Positions 57,013 to 64,000 of a stretch of 64,000 bases of DNA are shown here, piece after piece (position 1 is the first letter of the stretch; the number at the start of each line of letters is the position of its first letter). The position numbers were made by a program, and so were the translations under genes. The stretch spans positions 336-64,335 of the forward strand of contig CANRBQ010000003.1 of NCBI GenBank assembly GCA_947628905.1, read 5' to 3'. The DNA is from an uncultured Bacilli bacterium (GTDB lineage Bacteria; Bacillota_I; Bacilli_A; RF39; UBA660). Below the pieces are notes generated by a model. It saw nothing but the letters and a program-made list of their open reading frames with translations. It had not been told where the DNA came from and ran no database searches.

Positions 57013-58842
57013 ATGTGTGGATTCTGTGGATACATAAATAAAAAAGAAAAAAATAAAAAAGTAATAAATGATATGAGCAAAATGATTATTCATCGTGGCC
57101 CTGATAGTGAAGGACTATACACAGATGATTTACTTCATATGGCTTTTCGTCGTTTAAGTATAATTGATTTAAATACTGGAAATCAACCAATATATAATGA
57201 AAATAAAAATTTAGTTATTTTATTTAATGGTGAAATATACAATTATCAAGATTTACGAAAAGATTTAATTGAAAAAGGTCATAAATTTACTACTGAAACA
57301 GATACTGAAGTAATTCTTCATGGTTATGAAGAATATGAAGAACATATTTTAGATAAATTAAGAGGAATGTATGCTTTTGTTATTTGGAATATTGAAACAA
57401 AAGAATTATTTGCCGCGCGTGATATATTTGGTATTAAACCATTTTATTATACTATTATGAATGATACTTTTATGTTTGGAAGTGAAATTAAATCTTTTTT
57501 GCCTCATCCCGATTTTGAAAAAATAGTTAATCCCGATGCGTTAAAAACTTATTTAACTTTTCAATATAATCCTTTAAAAGAAACCTTTTTTAAAGGAGTT
57601 TACAAACTAGAACCTCGTCATTATTTAAAATATAAAGATGGTAAACTAGATATTAAAGAATATTATAATTTTAATTATAAACCAAATAAAAAAATATCAT
57701 ATAAAGAAGTAGTAAAAAAGATTGATGAAGAAGTTAAATCATCTGTAGAACATCATAAAATAAGTGATGTTAAAGTTGGAGCATTTTTAAGTTCCGGAAT
57801 AGATTCATCATATATAGTATCTTTATTAAAACCTAATAATACTTTTACAGTAGGCTTTGAAAATTTAGGATTTAATGAAATAGATGCTGCAAAACATTTA
57901 AGTGAATTATTAAAAATTGAAAATAAAAACGAAGTAATAACTCCCGATGAGTTTTTTGAAGTATTACCTAAAGTACAATATCATTCTGATGAGCCACATG
58001 CTAATTTATCTAGTGTTCCCTTATATTTTTTAAGTGCTTTAGCCAAAAAAGATGTAACGGTTGTTTTATCAGGAGAAGGAGCAGATGAATTATTTGGAGG
58101 TTATCAAACATATGATAATAGTATGATTATTCGTGCTTATCGTCATTTACCAAAATTTATTCGTGATTTTAATCTTAAAATAGCTAATAAACTACCTAAT
58201 ATAAAAGGGAAAAGTTTTTTAATTCGTGGTTCTAAAACTTTAAGCGAAAGTTATATAGGCCAAGCAAGTATTTTTAGTGATGAAGAAGCAAATGCCATTC
58301 TTTCATCTAATTATAAAAGTAATATTAAACCAACTGATATAACTAAACCATATTTTGATGAAACAAAAGGTTTAGATGATGTTACAAGAATGCAATATGT
58401 TGATATGAACTTATGGCTTCCTAATGATATATTACTTAAAGCAGATAAAATGACTATGGCTAGTTCTTTAGAGTTAAGAGTTCCCTATTTAGATAAAAAA
58501 GTATTTGAATTAAGCTTAACTTTACCTAAAAAATATAAACTCCATAAAAAAGTAAGTAAACGAGCCCTAAGAGAAGCAGCTTCAACTAGAATTCCCAAAG
58601 AATGGTTTAATCGTCCTAAATTAGGCTTTTTAGTTCCTTTTAAAGAATATTTAAAAGAAGATAAATATTATAATATTATTAAAAATGAATTTAAAGAAGA
58701 ATATGTTAAAAAATTTTTTAATCAAACAAAAATATTAAATATTTTAGAAGATCATCATAATGGACAAAAAAATGCTCATCGAGAAATATATACTATTTAC
58801 TCTTTTCTTCTATGGTATAAAGAATATTTTATAAATAATTAA
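57013..58842 (+). CDS. asnB: Asparagine synthase (glutamine-hydrolysing)
   Basis: N-terminal MCGF (Ntn Cys2), HRGPD, SGGIDSS-type PP-loop (LSSGIDSS), SGEGADELFGGY. Confidence 0.9.
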   Translation: MCGFCGYINKKEKNKKVINDMSKMIIHRGPDSEGLYTDDLLHMAFRRLSIIDLNTGNQPIYNENKNLVILFNGEIYNYQDLRKDLIEKGHKFTTETDTEVILHGYEEYEEHILDKLRGMYAFVIWNIETKELFAARDIFGIKPFYYTIMNDTFMFGSEIKSFLPHPDFEKIVNPDALKTYLTFQYNPLKETFFKGVYKLEPRHYLKYKDGKLDIKEYYNFNYKPNKKISYKEVVKKIDEEVKSSVEHHKISDVKVGAFLSSGIDSSYIVSLLKPNNTFTVGFENLGFNEIDAAKHLSELLKIENKNEVITPDEFFEVLPKVQYHSDEPHANLSSVPLYFLSALAKKDVTVVLSGEGADELFGGYQTYDNSMIIRAYRHLPKFIRDFNLKIANKLPNIKGKSFLIRGSKTLSESYIGQASIFSDEEANAILSSNYKSNIKPTDITKPYFDETKGLDDVTRMQYVDMNLWLPNDILLKADKMTMASSLELRVPYLDKKVFELSLTLPKKYKLHKKVSKRALREAASTRIPKEWFNRPKLGFLVPFKEYLKEDKYYNIIKNEFKEEYVKKFFNQTKILNILEDHHNGQKNAHREIYTIYSFLLWYKEYFINN

Positions 58843-58908
58843 TTCAATGTAAATCTTTTTTTCTAATTGAAAATTTGCTATAATAAAATTAATTAAAGGA
58901 GTTTTACT

Positions 58909-60141
58909 ATGAAAAAAAGAATTATAGCTATAGTAATAATCATATTATTAACTATACTTATAATAATAGGTTTAATATATGGTATTAAAAAATTATATTA
59001 TAATTATCAAGTTAAACATGCTGTAATTATTGTTGAATTAAAAGACAATTTAACTGCCGAGTTTTTAAGTGATATTAAAGTATCAGATTATATTATTAAT
59101 ATTAATGGAACAATTATTAATGATTATAAAATAGATACTAAAAAACTAGGACCAAAAAAAGTTAAATTTGAATATATAAACGAAGATAATATTAAAATTA
59201 AACAAGAATATACTTTAGAAATTAAAGATCGAGTTCCTCCACTTATATGGTTAGGAAGTTCTTATACTTTAAATGTTAATAGTGATGTAGATTTAACTGA
59301 AAAAATTATGTGTGGTGATAATTATGATCCAACACCTACATGCGAAATCGTAGGAGATTATGATCTAACCACCGCGGGAACATATCCCTTAGTATTTAAA
59401 GCAACTGATAAAAGTGGTAATACTACTGAAAAGCCATTTAATCTTTATGTAAAAGAACCAAAACCATCAACAGGTGGAGGAGATAGTAGCAATACTCCTA
59501 CAACATTACCTCCCGGGATTCCTTTTAGTGATGCTATTAAAAATTATAAAAACGAAAATACTGAAATAGGTATCGATATATCGGAATGGCAAGGAGAAGT
59601 TGATTTTAATAAATTAAAAGAGCAAGGAGTAGAATTTGTTATTTTAAGAGTAGGAAGTACCAAAGGTATTGATGGTGAATATTTTGTTGATAAAAGATTT
59701 AAAGAAAATATTGAAAAAGCAAATAAAATAAATATGCCTGTTGGAATTTATTTCTATTCCTATGCTGATAGTAAAGAAAAAGCTATCAAAGATGCAAAAT
59801 GGATATTAAAACAAATAAAAGGTTATAAAGTTGATTTACCAATAGCTTTTGACTGGGAAAACTGGAACTTTTATAACGAATTTAATTTAAGTTTCTTTGG
59901 TTTAACAGACATGGCTAATTCATTTCTAGATGTATTTAAAAAAGCTGGTTATGAAGGAATGCTTTATAGTAGTAAAAGTTATTTAGAACAAGTATGGCTT
60001 AAAACAGATTATCCTGTATGGTTAGCTCATTATGTTGATAAAACTAATTATGCTGGTAACTATCAATATTGGCAAATGTGCAGTGATGGTCGCGTTGATG
60101 GTATACATGGTGATGTAGATATTAACATTCGCTATAAATAA
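58909..60141 (+). CDS. Anchored GH25 muramidase with Ig-like (DUF5011-type) domain
   Basis: TM anchor. Ig-like DRVPPLI..GTYPLVFKATDKSGN. GH25 core GIDISEWQGEVDFNKLKEQGVEFVILRVG..DWE. Confidence 0.8.
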   Translation: MKKRIIAIVIIILLTILIIIGLIYGIKKLYYNYQVKHAVIIVELKDNLTAEFLSDIKVSDYIININGTIINDYKIDTKKLGPKKVKFEYINEDNIKIKQEYTLEIKDRVPPLIWLGSSYTLNVNSDVDLTEKIMCGDNYDPTPTCEIVGDYDLTTAGTYPLVFKATDKSGNTTEKPFNLYVKEPKPSTGGGDSSNTPTTLPPGIPFSDAIKNYKNENTEIGIDISEWQGEVDFNKLKEQGVEFVILRVGSTKGIDGEYFVDKRFKENIEKANKINMPVGIYFYSYADSKEKAIKDAKWILKQIKGYKVDLPIAFDWENWNFYNEFNLSFFGLTDMANSFLDVFKKAGYEGMLYSSKSYLEQVWLKTDYPVWLAHYVDKTNYAGNYQYWQMCSDGRVDGIHGDVDINIRYK

Positions 60142-60145
60142 AAAG

Positions 60146-60179
60146 ACTTATTTAGATTAATTTTTAAATAAGTTTTTTT
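60146..60179 (+). terminator. Intrinsic terminator after the GH25 gene
   Basis: ACTTATTTA / TAAATAAGT stem followed by T7. Confidence 0.7.
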
Positions 60180-60373
60180 AATTTTTACTAATTTTATATA
60201 TTTAGCTAGATAAAATTAAAAAATTGCTAAACAAAAATTATAAAATTGTTAAGATAAATATATAATATTTGTAATTTTACAAGTTATTGTTTTTATGATA
60301 TTTTAAAGATACGAGGCACATTTTAGGGGGTCTTGGTGTTTGCCATCAACTTGAAAACAAGGAGGTGGTTAGT

Positions 60374-60442
60374 ATGAATAAAAAAGATTTTTTAGTCTTA
60401 TTATTAATACTAATAATTATCCTAGAAATTATATTTAAATAG
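60374..60442 (+). CDS. 22-codon hydrophobic peptide ORF (MNKKDFLVLLLILIIILEIIFK)
   Basis: Strong RBS AAGGAGGTGG 6 nt upstream of the ATG, a single TM-like core and charged ends. It is absent from the otherwise duplicated region near 63300-63350. Confidence 0.4.
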   Translation: MNKKDFLVLLLILIIILEIIFK

Positions 60443-60453
60443 AAATATTTGAA

Positions 60454-60656
60454 TTGTTTTAGAATATAAAAAGCACCACCTTAAATAAGTGGTGCAAACC
60501 AACCGGCAAGCACCATGAAGTGCTTCGCTAAATTAATAATAATATATTTTTAAATAAAAGTAAAGATTATTTATTTAATATTTGAGGATTATCAATTTTT
60601 CCTAAAAGATAATCAGCAGAAATATTATAATTTTTACATATTGTATAAAGAGAATG
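60454..60656. repeat. Copy 1 of a ~200-bp near-identical direct repeat (3' end and terminators of XRE regulators C and D)
   Basis: TTGTTTTAGAATA..AAAGCACCACCTTAAATAAGTGGTGC..AAGCACCATGAAGTGCTTCGCTAAATTAATAATAATATATTTTTAAATAAAAGTAAAGATTATTTATTTAATATTTGAGGATTATCAATTTTTCC.. recurs at 63350-63553 with a handful of mismatches. Confidence 0.85.
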
Positions 60657-61025
60657 TGTAGCAATGATAAATTCTCCTTTTTCATATTTAGAAATAATAG
60701 TTCTAGCAACATTTAATAATATAGCTAATTTCTCTTGAGTATATTTTTGACTTTTACGAAACATTTTAAGTCTTTCACCAGATAATATTAAGTCTATTTC
60801 ATTTTTAGAGTTATTATATTGTTTAGTATTAGTAAAATCAAATATATAGTCTATTGATACATTAAAATAATTACATAAGGTATTCAAATGTTTCAAAGGT
60901 ATACTTTGCTTTTCTTTTTCATACCTACTATATAAACTATCACTTATATTTAGTATGTTTCCCATTTCTACAAAATTTAATCCAATCCTTTCTCTTAACT
61001 CTTTTAATTTAATGCCATAGTTCAT
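60567..61025 (-). CDS. XRE-family regulator with two HTH domains (regulator C, divergent from paralog 4)
   Basis: LKELRERIGLNFVEMGNILNISDSLYSRYE and LKMFRKSQKYTQEKLAILLNVARTIISKYE. The last ~30 aa are identical to regulator D. Confidence 0.85.
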   Translation of the reverse strand: MNYGIKLKELRERIGLNFVEMGNILNISDSLYSRYEKEKQSIPLKHLNTLCNYFNVSIDYIFDFTNTKQYNNSKNEIDLILSGERLKMFRKSQKYTQEKLAILLNVARTIISKYEKGEFIIATHSLYTICKNYNISADYLLGKIDNPQILNK

Positions 61026-61098
61026 TTATCTCACCAGTATAATTTTCTCATACTTTTATTTTCAATATAAAAAATCCGAATAAATATTAGAATTTTTC

Positions 61099-61127
61099 TT
61101 GACTTTTAACATTTGCTAAATTATAAT
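61099..61127 (+). promoter_or_regulatory. Consensus-like promoter of paralog 4
   Basis: TTGACT (61099-61104), 17 nt (TTTAACATTTGCTAAAT), TATAAT (61122-61127). The TTCTTGACT context recurs at 63992-64000, the window edge. Confidence 0.65.
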
Positions 61128-61171
61128 TTTTACATAAGCTGGAAAAGTTTAAATGATTGGAGTAAAGGAAA

Positions 61172-63169
61172 ATGAAAAAGAATAAAAGAGTAATAATAAT
61201 AGTAAGTGTGTTAATAGGAGTAATAGGAATATCTTTGGCATATTTTGTAGGTAAAACAATATTCAAAGGAACAGGAGCAATGACCGAAGGAAAGACTGCC
61301 ACCTTAAATGGATCAACATTAGAAGTAAATGGTAATATAAACTTTAATGATGAAAATATATATCCAGGGCATGAAACATTATCTAAAATAGAAGTAATAG
61401 CAACCGGTAATAATGAATTAATCGCATATAATTTAATATGGAATGGAATAAATAGTTTAAATACAGAATTAAAATATAAAGTATATAAAACAAAAGAAGA
61501 TAGAAAAGATATAATACTTACATGTAATAAGAAAAAGAAAGTAACAAATGGAATACAATATTTAAATGAAGAATGTGAAACAAATATAGAAGAGATAGAA
61601 TTAATAAAAGAAGGAGTAATAGAACATAGTGAAATAGAAACAACAACAGAACTAACAGATAATGAATATATAACATCTAGTCAAACAGGAGAGAAAGTAT
61701 ACTACTATATCATAATAGAATATCCAAACTTAACAGAAAAAGAAACAGAAGAACAAAACGAAGATATAGGGGAAGGATTTAAAGGGAAAGTACATGCCAA
61801 GATAAGTGATAGTAAAGCAGATATAAACCTAGTAGCGTTTTACAAAGAAACAGAAGCAGGTTCAGGACAATATGAAGAAGTAGAAGATATACCACAAGGA
61901 TATGTACTAAATAAAGAGCAAACAAAGTGTAATAATGAAGATATAGAATTAGAATGGGATAATAATAAATTAATAATATCTAATTTAACTAAAAGTGGAA
62001 CATCATGTTATTTGTATTTTGATGTTAAAAAATCTAGAAGTTCTAGTGAAACACTAACAGCCTTGCATTTATCAAAAACTGGAGATTTACCTTCTACTGG
62101 GATAAGTACATATGCATGCGATGATAATACAAATGATTCGAGTCATGCAACAGTTAAAAATTGTACATCACAAGATAAGGGAGTGTATGAAACAGAAGAT
62201 GACTTTGGAAAGAGTTATGTATTCCGTGGAACAGTAGATAATAACTGGGTATACTTTGCTAACATGTATTGGAGAATCATCAGAATAAATGGAAATGGTA
62301 CAATAAGAATGATATATGCTGGAACAACAAAACCAAGTGAAGGAAAATGGGGTAATACAGGAGATAATGCGGCAATAAAGACTAGTACAGGAGCAACAAC
62401 AAGTGCATTTAATGATTACTATAATGATAATAAATACGTAGGGTATATGTATGGAACAGCAAAAACTGGTTCATATAGTAACGAAACTACACCAACTACT
62501 AGTTATAAGGAAGCTCACGAAAATAATCATGATAGTACAATAAAAGAAGAAATAGATAAATGGTATATAGGAGATACAGGAATAAAAGAAGAATATAGAA
62601 ATAAAATAGATGTAGAAACAGGATTTTGTAGTGATAGACAACTATCTCCAGAAAAACATAGCACTTTTTTAGGTGCAAAAGACGCAGGAGCGGGATATTC
62701 AAAAACTCAAACGGCTTATGCACCAGCTCATAGAGTATGGCAAAACGAAAGCAATAATAGCTTTGATTCAATACAAAAACCAACACTAAAATGTACAAAT
62801 AAAACAAATGATTTATTTACAGGTCCAAATGCTCAAGGAACAAAAGATAACAAAGGGTATGAAATAAAAGGAAATAATAAATTAACAACACCAGTAGGAT
62901 TAATAACCATGGATGAAGTAATCATAGCAGGAGGATTACCTGGAAATAGCAACTATGGATATTGGCTATACACAGGTCAATATTATTGGACAATGACGCC
63001 GGCTTTCTTCAATGGTTCAAATGCCAACGTGTTCCGTGTTGGTACAGATGGATATCTCATAGGAGATGGTGTGGTCGGTGCATATGGCGTGCGCCCTGTA
63101 ATAAATCTGAAATCTAATATAACAATATCAGGAAGTGGTACAATAGATTCTCCATATGAAATATCTTAG
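61172..63169 (+). CDS. Anchored surface-protein family, paralog 4 (longest; extra N-terminal module)
   Basis: Signal anchor. An extra ~250-aa N-terminal region (LAYF..TLNGSTLEV..NIYPGHE is faintly TasA/SipW-leader-like; low confidence). Then SCYLYFDV, TLTALHLSKTGDLP, DDFGKSYVFRG, MYWRIIRINGNGTIRMIYAG, YVGYMYG, GFCSDR, PTLKC, NNKLTTPVGLITMDEVIIAGG, YYWTMTP, GVRPVINLK. Confidence 0.85.
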   Translation: MKKNKRVIIIVSVLIGVIGISLAYFVGKTIFKGTGAMTEGKTATLNGSTLEVNGNINFNDENIYPGHETLSKIEVIATGNNELIAYNLIWNGINSLNTELKYKVYKTKEDRKDIILTCNKKKKVTNGIQYLNEECETNIEEIELIKEGVIEHSEIETTTELTDNEYITSSQTGEKVYYYIIIEYPNLTEKETEEQNEDIGEGFKGKVHAKISDSKADINLVAFYKETEAGSGQYEEVEDIPQGYVLNKEQTKCNNEDIELEWDNNKLIISNLTKSGTSCYLYFDVKKSRSSSETLTALHLSKTGDLPSTGISTYACDDNTNDSSHATVKNCTSQDKGVYETEDDFGKSYVFRGTVDNNWVYFANMYWRIIRINGNGTIRMIYAGTTKPSEGKWGNTGDNAAIKTSTGATTSAFNDYYNDNKYVGYMYGTAKTGSYSNETTPTTSYKEAHENNHDSTIKEEIDKWYIGDTGIKEEYRNKIDVETGFCSDRQLSPEKHSTFLGAKDAGAGYSKTQTAYAPAHRVWQNESNNSFDSIQKPTLKCTNKTNDLFTGPNAQGTKDNKGYEIKGNNKLTTPVGLITMDEVIIAGGLPGNSNYGYWLYTGQYYWTMTPAFFNGSNANVFRVGTDGYLIGDGVVGAYGVRPVINLKSNITISGSGTIDSPYEIS

Positions 63170-63181
63170 CTAAATATATTA

Positions 63182-63292
63182 CTTGTCTATTATGCTTACC
63201 TTTTTATTAATAGACAAGATATGGGTTATACCTTTACCCAACATAATACTAGAATAGAAAGCCAATATTATAATTCTTTCTATTCTTTTTTA
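63182..63292 (+). terminator. Family 3' stem-loop (covarying version) plus intrinsic terminator of paralog 4
   Basis: CTTGTCTATTA (63182-63192) pairs with TAATAGACAAG (63208-63218). Downstream, AGAATAGAAAG / CTTTCTATTCT is followed by T6. Confidence 0.6.
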
Positions 63293-63349
63293 ATATAAAA
63301 ATCTTACTTACTTTTAAATAAAAATTTTTGGATTAAGAGAATATAAAAT

Positions 63350-63553
63350 TTGTTTTAGAATAAAAAAAGCACCACCTTAAATAAGTGGTGCAAAGCAAAC
63401 TGGCAAGCACCATGAAGTGCTTCGCTAAATTAATAATAATATATTTTTAAATAAAAGTAAAGATTATTTATTTAATATTTGAGGATTATCAATTTTTCCT
63501 AAAAGATAATCAGCAGAAATATTATAATTTTTACATATTGTATAAAGAGAATG
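63350..63553. repeat. Copy 2 of the ~200-bp direct repeat
   Basis: See 60454-60656. On the minus strand it contains the hairpins AAGCAC..GTGCTT and GCACCAC..GTGGTGC plus a T-run, which terminate the XRE genes. Confidence 0.85.
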
Positions 63554-63922
63554 AGTAGATATAGGAAAATGGCCTTTTTCATATTCTGTTATAATTGTTC
63601 TTGCAACATGTAAGGTATTAGCCAACTTTTCTTGAGTCATTTTATTTAGTTTACGAATTTCTTTTAAACGAGTACCGCTTAATTTTAAATTGATTTCTCT
63701 TGCTGAATTTAAATATTTAGCATTAGTGACAAATCCAAAAAAATAATCTAAAGAAACATTAAAGTAATTGCAAAATTCATTTAAATGTTTAATTGGAATT
63801 ATAGCATCTTGAGTCTCATAATGACTATACGTGTAAGGAGAAATGTTTAAGACCTTTGCAATCTCTTTTTGACTTACATCTTTAGAAGTTCTTATTTCAT
63901 TCATATTATCTTTATAATTCAT
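63464..63922 (-). CDS. XRE-family regulator with two HTH domains (regulator D, faces the window edge)
   Basis: The ATG at 63922 follows GGTGA, as in regulator C, and gives 152 aa like C. Two HTH_3 units. The upstream region TCACCAGTATAATTTTCTCA matches the one upstream of regulator C. Confidence 0.85.
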   Translation of the reverse strand: MNYKDNMNEIRTSKDVSQKEIAKVLNISPYTYSHYETQDAIIPIKHLNEFCNYFNVSLDYFFGFVTNAKYLNSAREINLKLSGTRLKEIRKLNKMTQEKLANTLHVARTIITEYEKGHFPISTHSLYTICKNYNISADYLLGKIDNPQILNK

Positions 63923-64000
63923 CCCTATCACCAGTATAATTTTCTCATTTTTTTATACTCAATTGTTTTTATTGCCAAAATATTGACTTTTTTCTTGACT

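Noticed and set aside
1-64000. CRISPR arrays, rRNA genes, integrases, IS transposases, phage structural genes
   Set aside because: I saw no regularly spaced direct repeats, no rRNA-like conserved blocks, and no ORF with integrase, DDE or capsid/terminase motifs. The accessory regions therefore do not look like a prophage or a classical ICE.
1-64000. Reverse transcriptase or template repeat that would complete a DGR
   Set aside because: No ORF in the six-frame track carries RT motifs (YxDD-type). I found no non-coding copy of the 1080-1180 patch. The DGR idea is therefore kept only as a hypothesis about a remote element or a relic.

Overview
This is an AT-rich chromosomal segment (G+C looks below about 30-35% by eye). 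It comes from a spore-forming, probably gut-associated Firmicute, judging by SpoVT, SpoIIR, a bile-salt-hydrolase-type Ntn hydrolase and an M60-like glycoprotease. The housekeeping backbone is T-box-controlled metG, murA, mntP, lgt, tRNA-His, recG, asnB, a trxB-like reductase, a parB-like gene, a P-type ATPase, an LCP wall-polymer ligase and a PadR/DUF1700 pair. Four kinds of accessory content sit between these. (1) A multi-copy family of signal-anchored surface proteins with a C-terminal DUF6273/DUF1566-like (lectin-fold) module: four copies are visible and a fifth is predicted just past the 3' edge. Each copy whose 5' flank is visible is paired with its own divergent tandem-HTH XRE regulator and followed by a covarying 3' stem-loop. 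One copy has a sharply adenine-depleted, GC-rich C-terminal patch that looks like a DGR variable region, but no reverse transcriptase or template repeat is in the window. (2) Defence-type loci: a DUF2075 nuclease-helicase, an Mrr-nuclease/P-loop NTPase gene coupled to an HTH-DUF3883 gene next to a ligase-less LigD (PE+Pol), an AbiL/PARIS-like ABC-ATPase + RloB pair, and a Fic / UDG-like / PcfJ-like islet. (3) Two gene pairs in which a dockerin-bearing enzyme (a peptidoglycan glucosaminidase, an M60-like protease) is followed by a membrane-anchored cohesin-like protein. (4) An orphan structured sRNA candidate and a 22-codon hydrophobic ORF. I saw no rRNA, CRISPR array, integrase, classical transposase or reverse-transcriptase ORF. 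All calls come from reading motifs by eye; no searches were run.
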